From an uncultured Bacteroidales bacterium (GTDB taxonomy: Bacteria; Bacteroidota; Bacteroidia; Bacteroidales; PUMT01), in the NCBI GenBank assembly GCA_964520585.1, contig CAZFOO010000002.1, positions 9,672 through 73,671 on the forward strand: a stretch of DNA of 64,000 nt, in the 5' to 3' direction. Position numbers and translations under genes: made by a program. This document shows positions 20,241 to 29,886 of this stretch, one piece after another. Every line of letters begins with the position of its first letter. The first letter of the stretch is position 1. Below the pieces are notes generated by a model that did not search any database, had not been told where the DNA came from, and saw only the letters and a list, made by a program, of their open reading frames with translations.

Positions 20241-20312
20241 ATTATTATTATTATTTTTAATCTCTGTTCTGCCGATTAATTTGTTAATCACAGGCAATTA
20301 AGTTACACAAAA

Positions 20313-20798
20313 TTAATTATCTTCTATAACGATCATATCATCAAGTACTTTGTTAATCAGATCGTATTCATACCCTTTACTGCTGGCAAACCTGTGAAGC
20401 TTTGCTTTAAGTTCCGCTCCATCCCCTGCAGAAATGGATCGTTGCTTTTTAGCCAGTTCTTTTTTCAATGCTTCGGTATATTCCTCTTCATCAATCCTTC
20501 TTATCGCATCTTCAATTATATTTTTGGCGATGTTCTTTCTTATTAGTTCATAGGATATCTTTACTTTTCCCCATTTATTATTCCGGAACTTACCCCCTGC
20601 AAACATCCTCGCAAATCTCCATTCATCCAGATATTTATCATCAACAAGCTGGTTGATGATTTTTTCGGTATCCCCCGAATTGACACCCCAGTCAAAGAGT
20701 TTCTTTCTCACATCGTAGCGGCATCTCTCTTCAAGCGCACATAGCTTCCTGGCCTTTTCCAGAGCCTCTGCGTGACTAATTTTTTTCTTTACATGCAT
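20313..20798 (-). CDS. recX: RecX family regulatory protein
   Basis: 161-aa helical-repeat protein with the YLDEWRFARMFAGGKFRNNKWGKVKI pattern typical of RecX. Confidence 0.65.
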   Translation of the reverse strand: MHVKKKISHAEALEKARKLCALEERCRYDVRKKLFDWGVNSGDTEKIINQLVDDKYLDEWRFARMFAGGKFRNNKWGKVKISYELIRKNIAKNIIEDAIRRIDEEEYTEALKKELAKKQRSISAGDGAELKAKLHRFASSKGYEYDLINKVLDDMIVIEDN

Positions 20799-20825
20799 TT
20801 TTCAAAAATTAATAATTTCAATGAT

Positions 20826-21686
20826 CTATAATACAGCCCTTGCCATGCGGTATTTACCGTTAATATCCTTTCTGATCTCAATTTCAGAAAACATCAGCCG
20901 AGTTAACATCTCCCTGATCTGATCAGCTTTATTCTCGTTGATCTCAAAAAAAAGTTTTCCGCCGGGATTAAGAATTTCCTTTGCCACGCTAGCAATTGCC
21001 CTGTAATATTTTAAAGCCTGCATATCCGGAACAAAAAGCGCTCCCAAAGGCTCGTAGTTCAGTACGTTTTTATCTATCAGTTGTTTTTCTGATTCGGTTA
21101 CATATGGGGGATTACTTACAAGTATATCAAATTTTCCTGATTTTACAATAAAAGGATTAAAAATATCTTCAATAATAAATTCTATTTTAGCGCCGGACTT
21201 CATTGCATTAAGTTCTGCAAGCCTGATAGCCCTTTCCGAAATATCAGTGGCAACAACTTCAGAAAGGGGCAAATTTAGAGCAAGAGCTATTGCGATACAT
21301 CCGCTGCCTGTGCCGATATCAATTATGCTTACAGGAATCTTGTCATTATCGTCGACAATCCATTTTACAAGTTCTTCGGTTTCCGGTCTGGGAATTAGAA
21401 CATCGGATGTAACCCTGAGCCTGAGCCCGTAAAACCATGCTTCACCAAGTATATATTGTACAGGCTTATGAATGAGCAATTGATTAACTATCTCTTTTAT
21501 TTGTAAAACCTGAGAATTGGATAAATTTGTATTGTTCTTTGTCAGAATATCTGTTGGGGAAAAATTCAAAAGATGCTCGAAAATCATTTCTGTGAACTTC
21601 CGGATTTCCCTGGCAGGATAATATTCAATTAACTCACTCTTAATGTATGATGAAACTTCCTTAATCGTAAAGGATTCCTTATTCAT
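20826..21686 (-). CDS. prmC: Release-factor glutamine N5-methyltransferase (PrmC/HemK)
   Basis: SAM-binding DIGTGSGCIAIALA and the catalytic NPPY motif (VSNPPYV). Confidence 0.85.
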   Translation of the reverse strand: MNKESFTIKEVSSYIKSELIEYYPAREIRKFTEMIFEHLLNFSPTDILTKNNTNLSNSQVLQIKEIVNQLLIHKPVQYILGEAWFYGLRLRVTSDVLIPRPETEELVKWIVDDNDKIPVSIIDIGTGSGCIAIALALNLPLSEVVATDISERAIRLAELNAMKSGAKIEFIIEDIFNPFIVKSGKFDILVSNPPYVTESEKQLIDKNVLNYEPLGALFVPDMQALKYYRAIASVAKEILNPGGKLFFEINENKADQIREMLTRLMFSEIEIRKDINGKYRMARAVL

Positions 21687-21739
21687 GATTCAAAGATTCA
21701 TATTTTTTATATATTTTTTGCAATCAAATAAAAAAACCA

Positions 21740-22912
21740 ATGCCAGAGTACACCCGAGATGAAATATTTATGCAAAGATGCCTGGACCTTGCCTCGCTGG
21801 GAGCGGGAGAAGTAGCTCCTAATCCCATGGTAGGAGCAGTTTTGGTTTATGACAATAAAATTATAGGAGAAGGCTTCCACCAGTACTTTGGAGAAGCTCA
21901 TGCAGAAGTCAATGCTATAAATCATGTCATCAGTACTGAACTGCTCGGGAAATCAACTTTATATGTTAATCTTGAACCATGCTCTCACCAGGGCAAGACT
22001 CCCCCCTGTGCAAATCTGATTATTGATAAGAGGATTCCAAGAGTTATTATCGGGACAACCGATCCTAACAAACTTGTTTCCGGCCGGGGCATAAGCCTCC
22101 TAAAGAATAATAGTGTAAAGGTAATCACAGGAGTACTTGAAAACAAATGTAAAACTCTTAACAAAAGGTTTTTTTCATGGCATCAAAACAAAAGACCCTA
22201 TATTATTCTGAAATGGGCACGATCGGCAGACGGGTTTATTGACTACGACAGACCGGCAGATGCTCCCATAGGCCCGAACTGGATCACTTCGCGGACTGCA
22301 AGGATTCTCGTCCATAAGTGGAGAGCCATGGAGCAGGCAATTCTTGTGGGAACCAGGACAGTGATTAAAGATGATCCCGGACTGAATGTAAGGGACTGGT
22401 CAGGGAAAGACCCCTTGAGAGTAATTATCGACCGGAAAATGATACTTGGAGAACACCTTCGTGTTTTTGACAACAGGCAGAATAGTCTCGTTTTTACCGA
22501 TAAGAATCTGCATGTAACCAAGAATCCATTTTCAGGAGGAAAGAATACATATACCGGTATGGGTGCTTCTGATAAGCGTATTAAAAACCCGGATCCACAA
22601 TTACCCCGGGCAATTACGGAAGACAAATTATCATCTGGCGGGCGGACCAGGTATGCGGGCATTGTTTTTGACGATTCTGCCGAAATACAGATGCTGGATA
22701 TTCTCTACAGGGAAAATATCCAGTCGGTAATAATCGAAGGAGGAGCATTTACCCTGAACCGTTTTATTGAAAAAGGCTTGTGGGATGAAGCAAGAATATT
22801 TACGGGACCAGTACTTTTCAAAAGAGGCATCAGATCGCCGGCAATAACAGGCAATTCAATTTTCAGCAGGGAAATCGGCAACAGTTTGCTTCAGGTCATT
22901 CATAATGACTGA
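21740..22912 (+). CDS. ribD: Bifunctional riboflavin biosynthesis protein RibD (pyrimidine deaminase / uracil reductase)
   Basis: Deaminase zinc motifs HAEVNAI and PCSHQGKTPPC, and a C-terminal reductase domain ending SVIIEGGAFTLNRFIEKGLWDE. Confidence 0.85.
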   Translation: MPEYTRDEIFMQRCLDLASLGAGEVAPNPMVGAVLVYDNKIIGEGFHQYFGEAHAEVNAINHVISTELLGKSTLYVNLEPCSHQGKTPPCANLIIDKRIPRVIIGTTDPNKLVSGRGISLLKNNSVKVITGVLENKCKTLNKRFFSWHQNKRPYIILKWARSADGFIDYDRPADAPIGPNWITSRTARILVHKWRAMEQAILVGTRTVIKDDPGLNVRDWSGKDPLRVIIDRKMILGEHLRVFDNRQNSLVFTDKNLHVTKNPFSGGKNTYTGMGASDKRIKNPDPQLPRAITEDKLSSGGRTRYAGIVFDDSAEIQMLDILYRENIQSVIIEGGAFTLNRFIEKGLWDEARIFTGPVLFKRGIRSPAITGNSIFSREIGNSLLQVIHND

Positions 22913-22935
22913 CTCTTCCCGGATAGTGAACTAGT

Positions 22936-23943
22936 CTAATTTGATTCCAGTATACGGAATAATTCATCCAGTTGCGGAGTAAGTATGATCTCGGTCCGCC
23001 TGTTCTTGCGCCTTGCTTCCGGTGTATCAGCAGGATCTACCGGCATATGCTCTCCGCGTCCCGCAGCAATTAGCCTTTGTGGATCAATTTCTGTACCATC
23101 AAGAAGAATACGTACAATAGAAGTGGCTCTTAGTACACTGAGATCCCAATTATCGCGCATCCTGGCACCAGGTATTACAGGTACATCGTCGGTATGTCCC
23201 TCAATCATTATATTTATACCGGGATTCTGCTCCAGAACACGCGCCAGATCATTAAGCGCCCTTACCCCTTCAGGATCCACTACCGTACTGCCGGTCTGGA
23301 ACAACAATCGCTCCTGAAGTGAGACATACACTTTACCGTTTTTTTCATAAACACTCAAACCTTGCCCTTCAAATCCGCGCAAAGCTGAGGAAATTTTATC
23401 ATGCAGGGCATTCACTATTGAATCCTGGCGGGCAAGGATATTCTCAAGCTCAACTAAACGGGCATTTCTTTTGTCCAGATCACGTGACATCTTCTCAAGA
23501 ACTTTTTCCTTCTCCAGCAGATCCTGTTCGATCTCTTTCAAACGGTCTTCCCTGGCCATTAAATCTTCTTGTGTGGATTGTAATTGTTGCAGCAACCGTG
23601 TAGTCTCCCTGGCACTCCCTTTCATAATTGCCTCCTGTGCTTCCTGCAAATCACCGAACTGGCGTTTTACTCTTTCCAGTTCAGATCTTGTATTCCTTAA
23701 CACCAGTGCACGTTGAGTACTGTCCCTCACCAGCTCTTCGATCTCTTTATCCATAACTGCAATAGAAGCTTCCAGTTCGGTAAGCTTTACCTCCAGTTTT
23801 TTGTTTTCAATCAGAAGTGAATCGCGCTCCTGTTCAGCCTGAATCTTATCATCTCTTATTTCCTGAAAATGCTTCGCCGGAACGCATGATGCTGCCATCA
23901 ATATAACCAAAAGTATAATTGTTGCTTTTAATGAATATCCCAT
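22936..23943 (-). CDS. OmpA-family lipoprotein with a long coiled-coil
   Basis: Lipoprotein-type signal (LMAASC), a heptad-rich central region, and a C-terminal OmpA/MotB peptidoglycan-binding domain (NRRTEIIL). Confidence 0.75.
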   Translation of the reverse strand: MGYSLKATIILLVILMAASCVPAKHFQEIRDDKIQAEQERDSLLIENKKLEVKLTELEASIAVMDKEIEELVRDSTQRALVLRNTRSELERVKRQFGDLQEAQEAIMKGSARETTRLLQQLQSTQEDLMAREDRLKEIEQDLLEKEKVLEKMSRDLDKRNARLVELENILARQDSIVNALHDKISSALRGFEGQGLSVYEKNGKVYVSLQERLLFQTGSTVVDPEGVRALNDLARVLEQNPGINIMIEGHTDDVPVIPGARMRDNWDLSVLRATSIVRILLDGTEIDPQRLIAAGRGEHMPVDPADTPEARRKNRRTEIILTPQLDELFRILESN

Positions 23944-24125
23944 TCTTAATATATAATAATTAGTAAATGTTTTGGTTTAGATAATTACCCATGCATTTTA
24001 CAAATATAATAAGTAACAGGGCAAGTTAAGGATTTTAACGTTAATATATCGTTGTTTATTATTAATTTTGCTTTCTGTTGTGTTGCTAAGGAACATATAT
24101 AAAAATGCATATTACCATATATTGG

Positions 24126-24157
24126 TTTGGTCATATTGGAAAAAACTATTAGGTTTG
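24126..24157 (+). promoter_or_regulatory. Bacteroidetes-type promoter for dxs: -33 TTTG (24126-24129) and -7 TAGGTTTG (24150-24157)
   Basis: Exact TTTG, a 20-nt spacer, then TAnnTTTG, located 27 nt upstream of the dxs ATG. Matches the published Bacteroides sigma-A consensus spacing of 19-21 nt. Confidence 0.5.
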
Positions 24158-24183
24158 AATAATAATTACCTGCAAAATATAAA

Positions 24184-26115
24184 ATGGATTCATCTGATAA
24201 AAACTATGAACTACTGAATGGGATCGACTTTCCTGCTGATCTTAAAAAGCTCAATGTCAAAGATCTTTTGCAGGTAAGCGATGAACTCAGGAGATTCATA
24301 ATAGATGTCGTTTCTTCAAACCCGGGCCATTTCGGGGCAAGCCTTGGCGTAGTAGAACTTACCGTAGCACTGCACTATGTTTTCAATACACCCAGAGACA
24401 CAATAATCTGGGATGTGGGTCATCAGGCCTATGGTCATAAGATACTGACCGGACGTAAAAAAATATTTCATACAAACAGAAAATACAAAGGAATAAGCGG
24501 TTTTCCCAAGCTTAAAGAAAGTCCGCATGATTGTTTCGGCGTTGGCCATTCATCAACCTCAATTTCAGCTGCTTTAGGTATGGCTGTGGCTTCAGGTCTG
24601 AGAAATGAAAAAGACAGGCAGTTTGTTGCTGTTATTGGCGATGGATCCATGACAGGGGGACTTGCCTTTGAGGGTTTGAATAACGCAGGGATACAAAATT
24701 CCAATCTGCTTGTAATTCTTAATGATAATAATATCGCAATAGATCCTAACGTCGGGGCACTTAAGGAATATCTTCTTGATATCACTACCTCTCAGACCTA
24801 TAATAAGTTAAAAGATGACCTTTGGCATCTTCTTGGGAAATTAAGCAAGCTCGGACCCAATGCCAGGGAAGCTGCCAAGAAAATTGAAAGCGGACTTAAG
24901 ACTGCTCTTCTGAAACACAGCAATCTTTTTGAGTCTATGAATTTCAGGTATTTCGGACCGGTAGATGGTCACGATGTCACACACCTTACCAGTGTTCTAA
25001 GGGATCTTAAGAATATTCCCGGCCCAAAATTACTTCATGTCAGAACAGTTAAGGGTAAAGGTTTCCCGCAGGCAGAACTGAATCAGACCATATGGCACGC
25101 CCCAGGGCTATTTGACAAGAATACGGGGGAACTGCTCAAAATAAAATCCAAAAAACCTTCACCACCAAGATATCAGGATGTTTTTGGTCAGACCATGCTC
25201 GAACTGGCAGAAAAAAATGACAAAATCGTAGGAATTACTCCAGCAATGCCAACGGGTTGTTCACTCAACTTAATGATGGAAAGGATGCCTGAACGCACCT
25301 TTGATGTGGGCATCGCAGAGCAGCACGCGGTAACTTTTTCTGCCGGTCTTGCTGTCAAGGGCATGATTCCCTTTTGCAATATCTACTCCTCATTTATTCA
25401 AAGAGCATACGACCAGGTTATTCACGATGTCGCACTTCAAAAACTGAATGTAGTTTTTTGTCTTGACCGTGGGGGACTGGTAGGAGATGATGGAGCCACC
25501 CATCACGGTTTTTTTGATATAGCCTATATGCGGTGTATCCCCAACATGACAGTTTCTGCCCCCATGAATGAAGAAGAGCTCAGGAACCTTATGTATACTT
25601 CACAACTCGGGAATATGGGGCCCTTCGTCATAAGGTATCCACGTGGGAACGGAGTGATGGCGGACTGGCAGAAGCCTTTCAGGGAAATTCCAGTGGGCAG
25701 GGGACGCAAGCTCAGAGACGGAACAGATCTTGCTATTTTAAGTATAGGACATCCGGGCAACTTCGCAGCATCCGCATGCGCATCTCTGGCCAAAATGAAT
25801 ATTAGTGCTGCTCATTTCGATATGCGCTTTGTAAAACCCCTGGATGAGGAATTACTTCATAATGTGTTCAAAAAATTCAACAAAATAATTACCATTGAGG
25901 ATGGTATGATAAGCGGTGGATTTGGCACGGCTGTTTTAGAGTTCATGGCAGATAACGAATATAAGGCAAAGGTAATTCGACTGGGAATACCGGACCGGTT
26001 CACCGATCAGGGTTCACTTCAGCAACTTTATGCAGAATGCGGATATGATGAAGCCGGTATAATTAAAACAGCCAAAAAACTGGCTGGAAAACTTATCCTT
26101 TCCTCCACAGGCTGA
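24184..26115 (+). CDS. dxs: 1-deoxy-D-xylulose-5-phosphate synthase
   Basis: 643 aa with the ThDP motif [18 protein letters not shown] and transketolase-like pyrimidine-binding and C-terminal domains. Confidence 0.9.
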   Translation: MDSSDKNYELLNGIDFPADLKKLNVKDLLQVSDELRRFIIDVVSSNPGHFGASLGVVELTVALHYVFNTPRDTIIWDVGHQAYGHKILTGRKKIFHTNRKYKGISGFPKLKESPHDCFGVGHSSTSISAALGMAVASGLRNEKDRQFVAVIGDGSMTGGLAFEGLNNAGIQNSNLLVILNDNNIAIDPNVGALKEYLLDITTSQTYNKLKDDLWHLLGKLSKLGPNAREAAKKIESGLKTALLKHSNLFESMNFRYFGPVDGHDVTHLTSVLRDLKNIPGPKLLHVRTVKGKGFPQAELNQTIWHAPGLFDKNTGELLKIKSKKPSPPRYQDVFGQTMLELAEKNDKIVGITPAMPTGCSLNLMMERMPERTFDVGIAEQHAVTFSAGLAVKGMIPFCNIYSSFIQRAYDQVIHDVALQKLNVVFCLDRGGLVGDDGATHHGFFDIAYMRCIPNMTVSAPMNEEELRNLMYTSQLGNMGPFVIRYPRGNGVMADWQKPFREIPVGRGRKLRDGTDLAILSIGHPGNFAASACASLAKMNISAAHFDMRFVKPLDEELLHNVFKKFNKIITIEDGMISGGFGTAVLEFMADNEYKAKVIRLGIPDRFTDQGSLQQLYAECGYDEAGIIKTAKKLAGKLILSSTG

Positions 26116-26378
26116 CACATCCTTACCTCGTCCGGTGCTTTGCAGCATTAGTTAATAGTTAACAACTATGGAAGTCTGAGAAATCCACCCGGCAGAAAAC
26201 AGGACTATCTCACAGTGAAAAGATCTTAGCAAATCCACAGCATAATGGGACCTGCCATTGCCTGCCGGGATTATGCACTGCCGGCGGCTCATTTTGTGAA
26301 TAGGAAAGTAACCCGCGAATATTTTGTGATTTAATCAACAATTATTTATCTTCGCATGCCTGCAGATTACGGCATCAG

Positions 26379-26462
26379 GCCCGGATGGCGGAATTGGTAG
26401 ACGCGCTGGTCTCAAACACCAGTGGTAGCAATACCGTGCCGGTTCGACCCCGGCTCCGGGTA
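26379..26462 (+). tRNA. tRNA-Leu (anticodon CAA), type II with a long variable arm, CCA not encoded
   Basis: Hand-folded cloverleaf: acceptor GCCCGGA/TCCGGGT, anticodon arm CTGGT-CTCAAAC-ACCAG, variable arm TGGTAGCAATACCGT, and T arm GCCGG-TTCGACC-CCGGC. Confidence 0.9.
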
Positions 26463-26464
26463 CG

Positions 26465-26502
26465 AACAACCTCCTGAAAACTTCAGGGGGTTGTTTTCTT
26501 TT
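26465..26502 (+). terminator. Rho-independent terminator after tRNA-Leu
   Basis: AACAACCTCCTGAA / TTCAGGGGGTTGTT stem (one U-G pair), a 3-nt loop, then TTCTTTT. Confidence 0.75.
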
Positions 26503-26588
26503 AGCCAGCCAGCCAACATCTACCTTCTTCGGAAATAAAGGAGTATAACAGAAGTCGCATTTAAAGATTAAAAAAATGAAATGGCTGG

Positions 26589-29500
26589 TCAAGTCTTCCG
26601 TAATCCGAGACTCTCGAAAAACCTGACAGTTTTTCTGGGAGCTTCCACAAGAATAAAAAGAAAAAGAATCAGTGTCATCAGCCATAAGACAAAAAGATTA
26701 AACCATAAGGTATTGACCTGATCATTGTTGAATATCTTTACCGAAGCATAGAAGTGTGCCCTCCCGATATTTGAATCGGGAATAAGATAAACCGGATCCT
26801 TTTTCTGAACAAGCCTTTGATCTGTTTCGTAAATCACGTTTATCTCATTCCGCCTCAGCACCATATTTGAAAGCGCTTTGTTGTGATGATTCTGCCGGAG
26901 ATGGTAAAGTTCACCGGGGCCCATTTCTGATTCGAGTGTTTTATAAATGCTGTCTCTTTCTGCAGCGGCTTCCCGTGCAACATTGGAAAAATGAAGGCGA
27001 AGGTAGATAAGGTAACCGGAGACTTCCTCAGCAACCATTTCTGTAAACCCGTCAACACTGATATTATCAATATATTCAAACGGCATTAATCCCGAAGCTC
27101 TTCTAAGGTAATCTATTTCATTGCGAAGAATAGTAAGGTTTTTCTCTGTTTCTTCAGTAACAGTACCCAGCCTGATATCCCTTTCAATAAGTTCAACTTT
27201 GGCAAGAAGACGGGGAATCAGGAATGATGCCTTGAAAGAAGCATCACTGTTTTGTTGTTCATACTCAAAGAAATGTTTCTGAAAATTATTACCGGCAAAT
27301 TGCTCGACGGCAAGAGCTTCAAAAGCCCACCGTGAAGCCATAAGATCTCCCACAAGCGGAACATGTATCTTATCGGTTACGCTGTCATGCAATTCATCAA
27401 ATTTCACCACGACACCCCCCAAAAGCAATTGGGGAACAAGTAAAAAAGGTACAAGGATATATATTGTAACCACTGAATTGAAAGCGGAGGATATTAACAA
27501 TCCCAGCATATTAGCAAAACATGCAGTACTAAAAAGTATTAACCAATAAGTCAAAGTCATCCCCCTGATCTCGAGAATTAAATTCCCCACAATAACAAAA
27601 GTGATCATCTGAATAGCGGAAACAAGAAACACCCAGCCCACCTTCGAGCTAAGGTAGCTAAACCAGCTAAGATTTAAGAATGATTCCCTTTCAAGAATTT
27701 TTCTGTCTTTTATTATCTCCTCCGCACTTACAGACATACCAAGAAAAAGAGCAACAATCACAGCCATAAATAGAAATGAGGGGAGATTTACATTTTCTGC
27801 AAAGATATATTCTCCTTCATACAGGTATTTGGTAAAGTAACCAAGAATAAAAGCAAGAACGGGTGCCTCAAGTAAACTGATAAGCAGGTATTGACGGTTA
27901 CTCAATTTGGATAGAAAATTTCGAATGCTGAAAATCATGAACTGGTTTTCAATGCCGGGAAGAGAAAACATATTGGGGGGCATTACATCTTTTCCGGGCT
28001 TAATGCTAATGCCTGATGCAATTTTTTCTTTGTAATATTTATACCATTTTGCAGGTGGGATCTTCCTTTTTTGGGTGTGGTGCCCCGAGCGGCTAACCTC
28101 TTTTGCTTCAACAATCTTAAGTATCTGCTCAGATGATATATTACCGCAACAATTGCACTCTGTCTGGCCGGCATTAACATGTCCGCTTATGGTTTTAAAA
28201 TATACCAGTGCTTCAAGCGGGTTCCCGTTATATATGGGATAACCTCCCTTATCAATTACCCATAGCTTATCAAGGAGTTTAAAATTGTCAGAAGAAGGCT
28301 GATGAATATTGGCAATGACCAGTTTCCCCTTCATTGCCTGCTCCTTAAGCAGAGCCATAACAATATCTGAATCAAGTGAAGACAGTCCGGAAGTAGGTTC
28401 ATCTACAAAAAGCACGGAAGGCTCCCGTAATAATTCCAAACCTATATTAAGCCTTTTTCTCTGCCCCCCGCTTATGAATTTTTTCAAAGGATTTCCTACC
28501 TGTAAATGACTAATCTCATCGAGCCCCAGATTGGCAAGCACCTTTTCAACAATTTCTACTATTCTCTCTTCCTTTAAATTTCCAAAACATAATTTTGCAT
28601 TATAATAAAGGTTCTGGTAAACTGTTAACTCCTCTAAAAGCATGTCGTCCTGGGGCACATAGCCTATCTGTCCTTCAATTCTGTCAGCATCTTTATGAAT
28701 ATCGTAAGAATTTACCAGTATCCTGCCCTTATCTGGTTTTAGCTTACCGTTTAAAACATTTAAAAGAGTAGACTTGCCCGAACCACTTACACCCATCACT
28801 CCGATCAGCTGACCCGACTCTTCAGAAAAACTAAATGGCCGGATGCCATTATCACTCAAAGGATAACGGAACTCAATATTATCAGCCGTCAAAACAATTT
28901 TTATTCCTGCATGACTCCGAAAAAACCGGGATGAAATATCAGAATAATATATGGGTGCAATTTTATCTCCCCTGATTATCCCGCCCCGGTTAAAAATATA
29001 AAACCGGTCGGTTAACAAAGGTTTTCCTTCATAATTAAGGTTATCATTTCCTTTATATCTGAAGACAAACATCCCGGTACTCCTTATAATCATAACGATT
29101 ATCTTCCCATCAAGAGCCTCTCTCTCAATGATTCTTTTCGAATTTTGATCCCGGGGCTTATTATTTTCAACCCATGCCCCTTCGAGGTCATCAGCAAGGG
29201 TTTTTTTTGGTTTTTTAATTACCAAAAGATTATGGGGATCAATATTCTCATTTTTGTCTTCCAGAATAAATGCCTTGGCATCCTTAACTTCTTCAGGAGA
29301 TATATTAAAACTGTCAGCTACCGTCCTGATAAATATACGTTCGGGTTCAGAAAAAATATTATCTTCATTTATAAATTCCAGGAGCCTTAAGAAAACAATG
29401 ATTCTCTCATTATGATGCAGGTCATGGTTAATTTGCCCGCAGATATTTATTACCTGATCCTTTAGCAGGGAATCTACCTTTGAACCTGCATCTATATTCT

Positions 29501-29690
29501 GCAGTTCGCGGGCATAAAAATCTGAATAATCGTTAAAGAGCTTTAAATATTCAACAGCAATGGATTCATCCAGATGCTGCCGCAGATAGGATAAAACCAC
29601 CATCTTACCCCGTTCAGAGATCCTTTTTTCGTTTACATTGGCTATTAATGCAAACAAATGAATCAATGCATTTAAAATTGATTCACTCAT
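26589..29690 (-). CDS. ABC transporter, fused ATPase-permease (ABCG/ABC-2-like), with an N-terminal non-ABC module and a large insert before the last TM helix
   Basis: Walker A GVSGSGKST (about aa 298), signature ISGGQRKRL, Walker B LFVDEPTSGL, then five hydrophobic helices, about 230 aa of helical sequence, and a final TM helix (LWFNLFVLWLMTLILFLFILV). Confidence 0.8.
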   Translation of the reverse strand: MSESILNALIHLFALIANVNEKRISERGKMVVLSYLRQHLDESIAVEYLKLFNDYSDFYARELQNIDAGSKVDSLLKDQVINICGQINHDLHHNERIIVFLRLLEFINEDNIFSEPERIFIRTVADSFNISPEEVKDAKAFILEDKNENIDPHNLLVIKKPKKTLADDLEGAWVENNKPRDQNSKRIIEREALDGKIIVMIIRSTGMFVFRYKGNDNLNYEGKPLLTDRFYIFNRGGIIRGDKIAPIYYSDISSRFFRSHAGIKIVLTADNIEFRYPLSDNGIRPFSFSEESGQLIGVMGVSGSGKSTLLNVLNGKLKPDKGRILVNSYDIHKDADRIEGQIGYVPQDDMLLEELTVYQNLYYNAKLCFGNLKEERIVEIVEKVLANLGLDEISHLQVGNPLKKFISGGQRKRLNIGLELLREPSVLFVDEPTSGLSSLDSDIVMALLKEQAMKGKLVIANIHQPSSDNFKLLDKLWVIDKGGYPIYNGNPLEALVYFKTISGHVNAGQTECNCCGNISSEQILKIVEAKEVSRSGHHTQKRKIPPAKWYKYYKEKIASGISIKPGKDVMPPNMFSLPGIENQFMIFSIRNFLSKLSNRQYLLISLLEAPVLAFILGYFTKYLYEGEYIFAENVNLPSFLFMAVIVALFLGMSVSAEEIIKDRKILERESFLNLSWFSYLSSKVGWVFLVSAIQMITFVIVGNLILEIRGMTLTYWLILFSTACFANMLGLLISSAFNSVVTIYILVPFLLVPQLLLGGVVVKFDELHDSVTDKIHVPLVGDLMASRWAFEALAVEQFAGNNFQKHFFEYEQQNSDASFKASFLIPRLLAKVELIERDIRLGTVTEETEKNLTILRNEIDYLRRASGLMPFEYIDNISVDGFTEMVAEEVSGYLIYLRLHFSNVAREAAAERDSIYKTLESEMGPGELYHLRQNHHNKALSNMVLRRNEINVIYETDQRLVQKKDPVYLIPDSNIGRAHFYASVKIFNNDQVNTLWFNLFVLWLMTLILFLFILVEAPRKTVRFFESLGLRKT

Positions 29691-29829
29691 TGTTATTGCA
29701 TATTAGAATTTAACTATTTATTCCGCCCTGATTAAACAAGGTCACTTTAAATCATTATACCAGGAGGCACGATAAATGATTCCAGATGTACATGAAAATT
29801 TTTTATACAATTTAAATACACGCGAATGT

Positions 29830-29865
29830 AAAAAGCCGGCTAAAAACATAATGCCGGCCTTTTTA
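29830..29865 (-). terminator. Hairpin terminator (bidirectional-capable) between the lipoprotein gene and the ABC gene
   Basis: aaaaaGCCGGC-taaaaacataat-GCCGGCcttttt. The palindromic 6-bp GC stem is flanked by an A-run and a T-run, so a T-run follows the stem on either strand. Confidence 0.55.
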
Positions 29866-29886
29866 AATTAAAAAAAATAAAAAACC

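Noticed and set aside
21687-21739. FMN riboswitch upstream of ribD
   Set aside because: The gap to the divergent prmC gene is only 53 nt, too short for an FMN aptamer, and no conserved FMN-element sequence is visible.
22243-22662. 139-aa minus-strand ORF
   Set aside because: Antisense shadow inside ribD.
26335-26685. 116-aa minus-strand ORF
   Set aside because: It spans tRNA-Leu and its terminator on the opposite strand and overlaps the ABC gene's 3' end. It is an artefact.
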